From Nannocystis sp. (GTDB taxonomy: Bacteria; Myxococcota_A; Polyangia; Nannocystales; Nannocystaceae): a DNA stretch of 64,000 bases. Within the stretch, counting starts at the first letter, position 1. The number at the start of each line of letters is the position of its first letter. Below the pieces are notes generated by a model. That model was not told the origin of the DNA. It saw nothing but the letters and a program-made list of their open reading frames with translations, and searched no databases. Location of the stretch: contig JADJRG010000022.1 of the NCBI GenBank assembly GCA_016712315.1, positions 930,522 through 994,521 on the forward strand, read 5' to 3'. The position numbers and the translations under genes were made by a program. Positions 16,904 through 26,262 of the stretch are shown here, piece by piece.

Positions 16904-19900
16904 TCAACGCGCCGCCAATGGCCCGTCGAGCGTCCCAAGATCCAGCTTCGCGTCGCCGCGTTGGACGATGAACGGCCGCTGATCGAAGCGAAGCCGGCCC
17001 GCCCCGTCATGCTCGATGATCTCGAGCTTTCCCATCCCGTAGCCCAGCGGATCGTCCACCGCGAGCGGGTAGAAGATCTTCAGGTTGTACGGGTATGCCG
17101 CCGCGATCCCATCGATCACGAACGCCTCCACGCCGAAGCCCTCCTTCACGTCCCCGTACAGCTTGCCGCCGCTCGTCAGCGCGGGCTGCCCGTGGAACGC
17201 CGGCTGCCCGTCACCGTCGCGGACGTGCAGATCGACGTCGCTGAGCGCCGTATCCCAGCTCAGCACGAAGCGCAGCGACGGCGTCGTCGCCAGAGCGATC
17301 CCTTGGACCTCCAGCGCTGCCATAATAAATTCATGATCACCCGGTCGCGCCCGCAGCCAAGCCGCCGCCGCGAGCCCGATGTCATCATAGAGCACGTCCG
17401 CGATCGCCCGCGTCTCTGCGCGCGCCGCGGCCCACGCGAAGCCCGCGACCAACGTATCGAACGCCTCCCGATAGTAGCTCGCCCGCAGCAGCGCGTAGCC
17501 GAGGAGGCGGTGCGCTGACGGTGAGCCTGACTGCCGACGAATCGCCCGGCCATAGCTATCCAGCACCAAGTGCCGCGTCGCGCTCCCCAGCCGCTCCAGC
17601 CGCTCTCCAGCGAGTCGCTGCATCTCTGGCCGCGTCGGGAACAGATCGAGGATCGATCCATACGCCCGCGCCGCTTGATCCACGAGACCGATCGCCTCGA
17701 ACGCCTCACCCAACGCCAGCAGCGCGCGCACATCCGCCGGCTCATCGGCGCGCCAGTCGCGAGCGAGGCGCAGCGCCTCAGCGTGCACGCCTCGGCGCAG
17801 CGTCTCCATAATCGCCAGATACAGCCCCTCGTATGCCTCTTCGGGTCGCCACCGCGGGCCGAGCTCGGGCTTCACCGCCGCAGCGGCCTGCCGCTGCTCC
17901 TCGCCGGGCCAACGACGCCCGCTCTTCGACTCCGTGAGCCACGACGGGCGCGGCTCCGCGGCGGGTCGTGGCGCCCGCCTCGCCTCCGTCGCCGAGGCCC
18001 AAGGCTGCGCTGGATTCTCCGTCGCGGCGCCGACCTGCTCGCTCCGGCCGCTCGTCAGCGGGCTCACCGGCACCGGCTCGATCGCCGGCTCCGGCGCGAG
18101 CGCGTGCGCCCGACCGCGGGCCGCCACGCGCGCCCGCTCGTACACCTCCACCCGATCCCCGCCGAACGCCAGCAGCGACGGCGGATCCGCCTCATCGAGG
18201 CCGAAGCGCCGGTAGTCGTCGGCCCGCCCCAGCATCGCCAGAGCGGTCGAGCCGTTCAGGATCCGGTGACGCGTCGACCACTCGCTGATCCGCCGCCGCC
18301 AGATCGCGCAGAGCTCGGCGGTCGCCGGATCACAGCTCTGCACCTGCTCGCCCATCCAGCCGACATAAGCCGCCGTCCACGCGTCCCGCAGCAGCGACGA
18401 TGACGACGCGCGCGTCGCGGAGATCTCGATCGGCGGCGGCGCGTGTGGTCCTTCGACCAGCACCTGCAGCGGCCCCGCCGCGAGATCCTCGCCGAGCTCC
18501 GCGAAGACCAGCACTGTGTCGTCCGCCTGCACCGAGTCCACGAGGCTGGGGAACACCCACTCGCTGCCGGGCACCGCGATCGTGATCCCCGAGTGGACCT
18601 CGCGCGCCAGCTTGCGCGCGCTCACCTCGGCCGAGAGATCGCCGCGCAGCACCAGCCCCTCGCTCGCCAGCGCGCCGCTGCGGGTCAAGGCTTGGAGCAG
18701 GCGCGGCTGGTGGATCCCACCCATCGTGATCGCGTCGATCCTCCGGATCCCCGCCTTCGCTAGCAGCCCCAGCTCCGCCCGCAGCGCCTCCACGCTGCCG
18801 GCGCCCGAGGTCACCACGGCGTCGGTCATCAGCACCAGACGTTCGCCGACCGCGCGCCGCGACGCGACGTAGCGCAGCGCCTCCACCAAATTGGACGCCC
18901 CCAGCGCTCCTCGCCGCCGAATCGCCGCGATCGCGGCCTCATCAAACTCCGCCGCGCTCCCCTCGAAGATCGCCTCGACGCCCTGGTCAAAGCAGAGCAC
19001 CCGGAGCCGCCGCTCCGTCGGGCTCTCCTCGCGCATCGCGGCGATGAGCCCCGCCAGACGCTCGAGGTTCCGTTCGAAGTCCAGCGCCTGGGACGCGCTC
19101 GTATCGAAGAGGATCGTGAGATCCTCGAGCGGATCGCTGTGGTCATGCGGGACAGGCCGGATCCGCGCCACGAACATGTTCTCATGACGAAGACCGAGCG
19201 AACGGACCCCGCTCTGGACCAGCAGATCAGCCGCGGGCGCGCTCGCCTCCTCGCGGCGGAGGAAGAGCTGCCGACCGTCCGCGAGGCGCCGCAGCTCGCC
19301 GACTCCTGCGGGCAGCACCAGCTCGCGACCGTAGATCCTGAGGTCGAGCTCATCCATCCGCGGGAGCCCGGCCAGGGCGACCCGATAGGGCCGCTCGCGG
19401 CCGCCCAAGTGCTCGACGTACGAGACGACCAGCCGGGTCGTTCCCTGCCGGATCCGCAGGTCACGCGCGACGAAGCGATCGCCGAACGAAGCCGCCGACG
19501 CCAACGCCGGCTCACGCTCGCCGCTCACCAGCGCGTCATAAGCGTCGCGGCGCGGCACCACCTCGGCCTCATCCCAATCGCCGTCTTGAAAGATCGCGAA
19601 GCGGGTCACCCTCGCGCCTGCTGGCAGCGTCAACGACAGCGCCGCCGCGAGCGCGCGCCCCTCGGAGTTCGCGAAGACCATGTCCAGCTCGGTGAACGCG
19701 ATCAGCTCATCGAGCTGCGCGCGCACCGTCAGGCGTCGGAGCTGCAGCGGCGTCCCGTCCTCAGCCGTCATCGAGATCGGCGACGGACCGCGCCTCGCTG
19801 GCGACGCCACGTCGCCATGATCGGACGACGCACGTTCACCCGAAGGCGCCGCGCAGGCGCACAACATCAGCGCCGCGAGCGCCCCGCCGAACGCCGCTCG

Positions 19901-19954
19901 GCGCCGCATCGCTCGGCTACGCTTACGCACCCTCCGCGTCGCGCTTGAAAGCAC
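16904..19954 (-). CDS. Large secreted/lipoprotein with VIT-like, von Willebrand factor A and TPR-like regions (1016 aa)
   Basis: N-terminal signal with LCAC. vWA-like LTILFDTSASQ. C-terminal helical repeats. Confidence 0.65.
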   Translation of the reverse strand: MLSSATRRVRKRSRAMRRRAAFGGALAALMLCACAAPSGERASSDHGDVASPARRGPSPISMTAEDGTPLQLRRLTVRAQLDELIAFTELDMVFANSEGRALAAALSLTLPAGARVTRFAIFQDGDWDEAEVVPRRDAYDALVSGEREPALASAASFGDRFVARDLRIRQGTTRLVVSYVEHLGGRERPYRVALAGLPRMDELDLRIYGRELVLPAGVGELRRLADGRQLFLRREEASAPAADLLVQSGVRSLGLRHENMFVARIRPVPHDHSDPLEDLTILFDTSASQALDFERNLERLAGLIAAMREESPTERRLRVLCFDQGVEAIFEGSAAEFDEAAIAAIRRRGALGASNLVEALRYVASRRAVGERLVLMTDAVVTSGAGSVEALRAELGLLAKAGIRRIDAITMGGIHQPRLLQALTRSGALASEGLVLRGDLSAEVSARKLAREVHSGITIAVPGSEWVFPSLVDSVQADDTVLVFAELGEDLAAGPLQVLVEGPHAPPPIEISATRASSSSLLRDAWTAAYVGWMGEQVQSCDPATAELCAIWRRRISEWSTRHRILNGSTALAMLGRADDYRRFGLDEADPPSLLAFGGDRVEVYERARVAARGRAHALAPEPAIEPVPVSPLTSGRSEQVGAATENPAQPWASATEARRAPRPAAEPRPSWLTESKSGRRWPGEEQRQAAAAVKPELGPRWRPEEAYEGLYLAIMETLRRGVHAEALRLARDWRADEPADVRALLALGEAFEAIGLVDQAARAYGSILDLFPTRPEMQRLAGERLERLGSATRHLVLDSYGRAIRRQSGSPSAHRLLGYALLRASYYREAFDTLVAGFAWAAARAETRAIADVLYDDIGLAAAAWLRARPGDHEFIMAALEVQGIALATTPSLRFVLSWDTALSDVDLHVRDGDGQPAFHGQPALTSGGKLYGDVKEGFGVEAFVIDGIAAAYPYNLKIFYPLAVDDPLGYGMGKLEIIEHDGAGRLRFDQRPFIVQRGDAKLDLGTLDGPLAAR

Positions 19955-20092
19955 AGACTACCGTCGCACACCGCCGTAGCGCGCGCAACAGAGTCACCCG
20001 GCCGCGACCACCCTCGCGCGCGTCGCGGGCCCGCCAGCCGAAGCGCGCCCGCGGCGCGGGCGTCGTCATTCGCGGCGGCGCGAGCGACGATC

Positions 20093-21673
20093 TCAAGCGG
20101 CGCTCCGCCGCGCCAGGCGCAGCACGATCGCCGCGCCGCCCAGGGAGCTCACCGCCACACGCGCCTCGCCGCCCAGGTCCAGCGCGATCTTCTTGACGAT
20201 CGCCAGGCCCAACCCGCTGCCGCCGCGCCGCGACGAGACATAGGGCTCAAAGACCCGCTCCCACATCTCTACCGGGATCCCCGGCCCATTGTCCTCCACC
20301 CACACCTCGACCATCCCTGCGAGATCGTCAACGCGCGCCGAGATCCGCACGTGCAGCGGCCCCTCGTCCGCCTCACGCCGCGAGAGGACCGCGTTCTCCA
20401 CCAAGTTCACCAGGCACTGCTTGAGGAGCTGCCGATCGCCGACCACCTCGATGGTCACGGGCGGCGCGATGACCTCGAGCGTATCGCTCCCCGATTCGGT
20501 GAGGTGGCCATAGGCGCGCGTGAATTCCTCGAAGAGCCGAGCGAGCTCCACCGGCTCGGGCCGCGCCTCTGGGACCTTCGCGAAGCTCGAGAAGGTCGCC
20601 ACCATCCGTCGCAGCCCTTCGACCTCATCTTCGACGATCTCCGCCGAAGCGGCGAGCATTCGGCTGAACTCCGGCGAGGCCTGAGGGTCCTTCTCACGCA
20701 GCTGCTGCACCGCCAGCAGGATCGGCGTCAGCGGGTTCTTGATCTCGTGCGCGATCCGGCGGGCCACATCTTGCCAAGCCGAGACCCGCTGCAGGTACGC
20801 GAGCTTGCGCTGGGCCGCGTCGAGCTGCTCGAGCATCTGATTGAACGCCGCGCCGAGCTGCCCCATCTCGTCGTCGGCGCGCGCGCGGGCCCGGACCTCA
20901 CGATCACCCGCCGCGACCGCGCGGATCACCGCGCTGAGCTGGGACACCCGACGCGTGGTCGCGCGCGCCATCCAGGACCCCGCGATGAAGGCGATCATCA
21001 ACACCAACGCGCTCGCCGCCGCCATCGCTCGCGTCACCGCCGCGTCGAGCGTCGCGTAGTCGACCGTTCGCGCGCCGACGCTCACCAACCCCGACTCGCG
21101 GCGCAGCGCCTCCAGCGCCTCGTGTCGGCGCTCCACCGCCGGATCCATCGCGAACACCGCCGCCAACGCGAGCGACGCCGCCTCATCCTCACGGCGCGGC
21201 AGCGCTGAGCGCCCTGGAACCCAGATCCACGCGCCCCCGTCCTCCGGCAGCGCCGACTCGCGCTCACGCCTCGCGAGCGGCGCCTCACCGCGGCGCACCT
21301 CGAGGCTCACCAGATCCGCCTCACGAGCGAAGATCTCGTCGACCAAGCCCGGCACCGTCGCCCCCCCGCCGCGGCTCACCGCAGCGTCGAGCTCCCGCAA
21401 GAGAGCCCCGCTACGAGCCTCATAGGTCGCCTTCCGAGCCTCGACCAGATCGCTGTAATACGACGCGGCGATCTCGACCACCAGCTCGCTGCGCGTGACC
21501 GTCGCGCCGACGATCCCTTCAAAGGTCCCGACCGTCAGCTCCACCAAGTACGCCGACGCGCCGACGCACAGCACCCCGAGGAGCGCCAGCGCCGCGATCA
21601 CCCGCGACTCGAGTCGACCCCACCACGGGATCTTGGGCAGCGGCGCGCCGGCTGGATCGTCGTTGTGGGTCAT
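20093..21673 (-). CDS. Sensor histidine kinase (2 TM, periplasmic domain, HAMP, HisKA, HATPase)
   Basis: H-box IAHEIKNPLTPI. N-box LVNLVENAV. DNGPGIP and GSGLGLAIVKKI. Confidence 0.85.
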   Translation of the reverse strand: MTHNDDPAGAPLPKIPWWGRLESRVIAALALLGVLCVGASAYLVELTVGTFEGIVGATVTRSELVVEIAASYYSDLVEARKATYEARSGALLRELDAAVSRGGGATVPGLVDEIFAREADLVSLEVRRGEAPLARRERESALPEDGGAWIWVPGRSALPRREDEAASLALAAVFAMDPAVERRHEALEALRRESGLVSVGARTVDYATLDAAVTRAMAAASALVLMIAFIAGSWMARATTRRVSQLSAVIRAVAAGDREVRARARADDEMGQLGAAFNQMLEQLDAAQRKLAYLQRVSAWQDVARRIAHEIKNPLTPILLAVQQLREKDPQASPEFSRMLAASAEIVEDEVEGLRRMVATFSSFAKVPEARPEPVELARLFEEFTRAYGHLTESGSDTLEVIAPPVTIEVVGDRQLLKQCLVNLVENAVLSRREADEGPLHVRISARVDDLAGMVEVWVEDNGPGIPVEMWERVFEPYVSSRRGGSGLGLAIVKKIALDLGGEARVAVSSLGGAAIVLRLARRSAA

Positions 21674-22308
21674 CGTCTCACCAAGTAGAACGCTGGCGCG
21701 GTGCGGATCCCAACCGTCTTCTCCGCGGTCGGAGCGTCGCTGACAAAGATCCCGATCCAGCGCGAGAACACCGCGAGATCGCGCCCCTGCGCCCGATCAC
21801 CCGCGCCTGTCCCCTCGAGCGCCCCCGCGGCGATCGGGTTTCGCTGCGCCAACACCGTCACGAAGTAGGTCGCCTGCGGCCCTCGCTCGAGCGCGTCGGC
21901 GTCGGCGACGCGCAGGCGCTCCAGCGACGTCGCCCGCGCCACCGCGTCATCACGAGAGGCGAAGCTCGCCGTGATCGGGCTCGACTCATCGTCACGGATC
22001 ACCACGGTGAAGCGCTCCTTCCACGGGTTCCACTGGAGCTTCACCACCCGTCGTCGACTCACCAGCGGTCGCCCGCCGCCGCTGCGGTAGAGCGCCACCT
22101 CGAACACGAGCGTCGTCGCGAAGCCCGACTCCAGCGCGCGGATCACCTCACCGTCGCGGACCGGCAGCAGCTCGGGCGTCGCCACCGTCATCAGCACGCC
22201 GCCGCCTGCCTCCACGAAGTCGGCCCTTCGCGCGCGCAGCAGCTCGCGGCCGCCGATCGCCAGCGCGGGCAACGACAAGCCCGCCACCAGCAGCGCGCGT
22301 CGCCTCAC
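21670..22308 (-). CDS. Periplasmic protein, DUF4390-like (by resemblance only)
   Basis: Signal peptide. Both ends overlap neighbouring genes by 4 bp. Family assignment is from memory and unverified. Confidence 0.45.
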   Translation of the reverse strand: MRRRALLVAGLSLPALAIGGRELLRARRADFVEAGGGVLMTVATPELLPVRDGEVIRALESGFATTLVFEVALYRSGGGRPLVSRRRVVKLQWNPWKERFTVVIRDDESSPITASFASRDDAVARATSLERLRVADADALERGPQATYFVTVLAQRNPIAAGALEGTGAGDRAQGRDLAVFSRWIGIFVSDAPTAEKTVGIRTAPAFYLVRR

Positions 22309-23765
22309 AGCGGCAGCCTCCGGGTCGCGTTACCGACCGACAGCTCGATCGTCCCCAGGGCCGTCTCGAGGCGCAGGCCGAGGCCGAGGTTCAAGCCCAA
22401 CGGAGCCGCCCGCGCGCCGATCGATCGCCAACCCGCGCGCTCCGCCGCGTCACCGAGCAGCGAGTACACGCCGCTCGACACGAACACGTGCCCGCCCAGC
22501 AGCCCGCGCGGCAGCCCGCGGCGGAACAGCGGCCACACGTACTCGAGATCGCCGCGGAAGAAGAGCACCCCGAAGGCCCGCCCGGCGATCCCCGTCCCGA
22601 GCAGATCGAAGGCGCTGCGCGTCGAGTAGATCAAGCCCATCTCGCGGCCTGGTGCGAGATCGCTGAGGTCCCCGCCGTAAAACAGCTCAAATCGCGGTGC
22701 GGAGCCGGAAATTTGCCCGCCGAGCACGCTCGGGGTGATCCAGTGGCGCCACGGCAATCGGAACGTATATGCCCCGCCGCCGACCACCCGCACGTACTCG
22801 TACTCGGAGCCGATCATCGGCGAAGAGACGTGGATATCAAGGCCGAAGCGGCCCCCTTTGCCGAGCTGCGCCGCCTGCTCGCGGCCATCCCAGTCGAGCG
22901 ACAGCCCCGCCGTCGTCAACCGCGAGATCCCCCCGTTAAGCGCCAGATCCACCCCTTCTGGCGCTTGTGTGTCGATCCGTTCGAAGCGGTAGTCCACCGC
23001 GAGCCGCAAGCTCGTCGTGATCGGGAAGGTACCGCCGACGATCCCGCCGACGCGTGAATAGTCGAGCGCGCGAAAGAGCCGCGGATCGGGGTCGCCTGGC
23101 GCCCCAGCGACCCGATATGGCTCGCTCGCCGAGAGCACATAGACCGTGCCCGCCAGCCCGAAGCGCGCCTCTGGGATCCGCGGCGCCTCGATGGAGAGGC
23201 GCAGCCCCTGCTGACGGCGGGCCTTCGCGATCTGCCGCGGCGGCGTCCCCCAGATCAACCCGCCGCCGACGTGGATCGCCCGCCCCAAGAAGTTGCGCTC
23301 GACCAGCTGGATCCCCCCGTGAAACGGCGTCATCAGCGACGATCCCAGGAAGAGCTCGCTCACGGTGAGGGACGCGCGCTCCTCGACGTCGACCACCAGC
23401 GTCACCGATGCCATGTCCTTTGGGTCAGGTACCAGACGAAGCGTCACCCGCGCGAAGTACCCGGTCGAGATCAACCGCGCGCGAGCCCGCTCGACCCGCG
23501 CGTCCTCCGGCCACAGCAACGTCGCGCCTGCGCTCAGCTCCTCGCTCGCCAGCGCGTCCATGACCTGGCGCTCGGACACTTGCTCGAGGCCCACCGCCGA
23601 GATCGACCCGATCTTCAGCGTGCGCGAGGGACCCTCAGGCTCCGAGGCCGCCGCCTGGGCCGCGCTGGCCCCGCCCGCCGCTGACGTCGACGCCGACACG
23701 AACGCGAGCGCGCCGAAGCAGGTCCAAGCCGGGAAGACCCCTCGCAGACGGGCGGAGCGGATCAT
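22305..23765 (-). CDS. Omp85/BamA-TamA family outer-membrane protein (POTRA + beta-barrel)
   Basis: Signal peptide. POTRA-like LKIGSISAVGLEQVSERQVMDAL. Gly/aromatic-rich barrel region. Confidence 0.6.
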   Translation of the reverse strand: MIRSARLRGVFPAWTCFGALAFVSASTSAAGGASAAQAAASEPEGPSRTLKIGSISAVGLEQVSERQVMDALASEELSAGATLLWPEDARVERARARLISTGYFARVTLRLVPDPKDMASVTLVVDVEERASLTVSELFLGSSLMTPFHGGIQLVERNFLGRAIHVGGGLIWGTPPRQIAKARRQQGLRLSIEAPRIPEARFGLAGTVYVLSASEPYRVAGAPGDPDPRLFRALDYSRVGGIVGGTFPITTSLRLAVDYRFERIDTQAPEGVDLALNGGISRLTTAGLSLDWDGREQAAQLGKGGRFGLDIHVSSPMIGSEYEYVRVVGGGAYTFRLPWRHWITPSVLGGQISGSAPRFELFYGGDLSDLAPGREMGLIYSTRSAFDLLGTGIAGRAFGVLFFRGDLEYVWPLFRRGLPRGLLGGHVFVSSGVYSLLGDAAERAGWRSIGARAAPLGLNLGLGLRLETALGTIELSVGNATRRLPL

Positions 23766-24514
23766 CGGCGCCAGTGTACTGGCGTCTCGCGAATTCGGAG
23801 GGCCAGCTCCGCGAGCTGCTCGGGCGTGTTCACGCCTGCGACCTCCTCCGCGTCGACCCGCACCGTCGCGACCTCACCCTGGCTCGCCGCCCGCGCCACC
23901 AGATCCGTGAGGTAGATCTCCCCCTGCGCGTTCTCTCGGCCCAGCAGCGGCAGCTCCCGCCGCAGCAGCTCGGCGTCCGCGCAATACACCCCCGCGTTGC
24001 ACTCCCGGATCGCCCGCTCGACCGCGCTCGCGTCGCGCTCCTCTCGCACCCCGATCATCGCCCCCCACGCGTCGCGCAAGATCCGCCCGTACCCCGTCGG
24101 CGACGGCGGCTCAAAGGTCGCGACCGCCAGCCCTGCCGAGCTCTCACGCGCCGCGTCGAGCAGCCGCCCCAGCGTCGCCGCCTGCAGCAGCGGCACATCA
24201 CCGCTCAAGATCAGCGTCGGCCCCGCGTGCCCCTCGATCGCCGGCAGCGCGCACAGCACCGCGTGACCGGTGCCGAGCTGCTCGATCTGCTCCGCGAAGC
24301 GCGCCCGCGGCGACGCCTCCTTGACCGCCTCACGCACCGCCCCCGCGCCATAGCCGACCACCACCACGACCGCCCTCGCCCCTGCCGCAGCGGCCGCCCG
24401 CAGCGGGTGCACGATCAGCGGCTCCCCCGCGAGCGGGTGCAGCACCTTTGGCAAGTCGGAGCCCATGCGGGTCCCGCGGCCTGCCGCCAAGATAATCGCC
24501 AACGGCGAGTCCAT
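23762..24514 (-). CDS. Sugar-1-phosphate nucleotidyltransferase resembling the GlmU N-terminal domain only (250 aa)
   Basis: LAIILAAGRGTRMGSDLPKVLHPLAGEPL matches the GlmU/NTP-transferase signature. No left-handed beta-helix acetyltransferase part. The stop overlaps the Omp85 start. Confidence 0.7.
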   Translation of the reverse strand: MDSPLAIILAAGRGTRMGSDLPKVLHPLAGEPLIVHPLRAAAAAGARAVVVVVGYGAGAVREAVKEASPRARFAEQIEQLGTGHAVLCALPAIEGHAGPTLILSGDVPLLQAATLGRLLDAARESSAGLAVATFEPPSPTGYGRILRDAWGAMIGVREERDASAVERAIRECNAGVYCADAELLRRELPLLGRENAQGEIYLTDLVARAASQGEVATVRVDAEEVAGVNTPEQLAELALRIRETPVHWRR

Positions 24515-24555
24515 GCCCGAACCTAGCCTGAAACGCGCCGCCGAGTCACCCCAGC

Positions 24556-26148
24556 TCACGAGCGAGCCAGCTCGATCAACGAGCGCAGCGCCCTCACCGC
24601 CGCCCGCGCCTTCGCGACCGGCCCCTCGCTGTAGATCGCCCGGATCGTCTCGCTCAGCAGCGGGAGCGTCGCGTCACGCACCGGGTACACCGAGATCCCG
24701 CGGCGGATCGGCAGCCGATCGCGGACCACCGCCTTCTCGTTGCAGCACGCGCGCAGCCCCTCAGGCCCGTTGATCCTACCCACCCCGGAGACCTTCACCC
24801 CCCCGAAGGGCAGGTCCTGCATCATGTAGGCGAGCCCGTAGTCGTTCACGACCGTCATGCCCGCGACGATCCCTCGCGTCAACCGCTCTGCGCGGCGTCG
24901 GTCGCGGGTGAACACGCTCGAGCCCAAGCCGTACGGGCAGTCATTCGCGAGGCGCAGCGCCTCGTCCTCCGAGCTCACCCGGATCACCACCATGACCGGA
25001 CCGAAGTGCTCTTCTTGGGTGATCCGCATCGAATGATCCACATCGACCAGCAGCGTCGGCTCGTAGTAGTTCCCCCCGAGCGCCTTGCTTCGGCGCCCGC
25101 CCGCCAGCAGCCGCGCGCCCCGGGCCACCGCGTCGTCGACCAGCGCCTGGATGATCTCTATCTGCCGCGGCATCGTCATCGCGCCGACATCGAACTCGCC
25201 GTGCAGCGGCGGTCCTTGGCGCAGCGCGACGATCCGGCTCCGCACCCTGTCGATGAACTCCTCGTAGATCCCGTCGAACACGTAGATCCGCTCCGCGCCC
25301 ACGCACATCTGCCCGCACGCGGTGAACACCCCCAGCATCGCCGCGTCCGCGGCCTGCTCGATCGCGGCGTCATCGCAGACGATCATCGGATCCTTGCCCC
25401 CCAGCTCGAGCACCACCGGCGTCATCGTCTCCGCCGCCGTCGCCATCACGCGCCGGCCGTTCTGCGGCGATCCCGTGAAGAAGATCTTATCGACCCCTGC
25501 GCCGATCAGCGCCTGGCCTGCCTCGCCATAGCCGGTGATCACCTGGAGCAGCTCGGGATCATGGCCGCGACGCCGTAAGATCGCCCGCAGCCGCGCCAGG
25601 TAGCGCAGCGACGACGCGCTCGCCAGCTCGGACACCTTCGTCACCACCGCGTTACCGGCGAAGAGCGCCGGGATCAGCGGGCACAGCAGGTTGTGGAACG
25701 GGAAGTTCCACGGCGAGATCACGCCGATCACCCCGAGCGGCGCATACTCGACCGCCGCGGACTTGTGCATCAGGATCCCGGAGCGTCGCGGTGACCGCCG
25801 CAGCGCCGCCTCCCCGTGGGCGATCGTGTAGCGCAGCTTCTCGCAGACCGGGAAGATCTCGCCCATCGCCGCGTCCACCATCGTCTTGCCCGAGTCACGA
25901 CAGGCCCACTGCGCCAGCTCCTCTTGGTGCTCGAGCGTATCTCTGAGTATCTCACGGAGCACCCCTCGGCGCTCCTCGAAGCCCACCCGCGCCCACGCCA
26001 ACTGGGCCGCCCTCGCTCGCCGCACCGCCGCGACGATCGCCGCGCGGTCCATCACTGGCGCCTCACCGATCACCTCGCCGGTCGCTGCGTCACGACAGAG
26101 GATCACGGAGGGGTGCGGGGGAGGAGACGGCGCGAGCGGCAGATCCAT
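24556..26148 (-). CDS. Aldehyde dehydrogenase family protein
   Basis: ISPWNFP, FTGSPQNG, ELGGKDP, catalytic-Cys region GQMCVGAERIYV, EHFGPV. Confidence 0.85.
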   Translation of the reverse strand: MDLPLAPSPPPHPSVILCRDAATGEVIGEAPVMDRAAIVAAVRRARAAQLAWARVGFEERRGVLREILRDTLEHQEELAQWACRDSGKTMVDAAMGEIFPVCEKLRYTIAHGEAALRRSPRRSGILMHKSAAVEYAPLGVIGVISPWNFPFHNLLCPLIPALFAGNAVVTKVSELASASSLRYLARLRAILRRRGHDPELLQVITGYGEAGQALIGAGVDKIFFTGSPQNGRRVMATAAETMTPVVLELGGKDPMIVCDDAAIEQAADAAMLGVFTACGQMCVGAERIYVFDGIYEEFIDRVRSRIVALRQGPPLHGEFDVGAMTMPRQIEIIQALVDDAVARGARLLAGGRRSKALGGNYYEPTLLVDVDHSMRITQEEHFGPVMVVIRVSSEDEALRLANDCPYGLGSSVFTRDRRRAERLTRGIVAGMTVVNDYGLAYMMQDLPFGGVKVSGVGRINGPEGLRACCNEKAVVRDRLPIRRGISVYPVRDATLPLLSETIRAIYSEGPVAKARAAVRALRSLIELARS

Positions 26149-26262
26149 TGCGATCCCATGGTGGCCCGCGCCGCCCCGACTGACCAGGCCCAAAGCCCAC
26201 GCGAGCGGCGGCGCGTGAACGCCGTCACACCCCGCCGCCCGCAGATCTCTCCGACCTATCTC

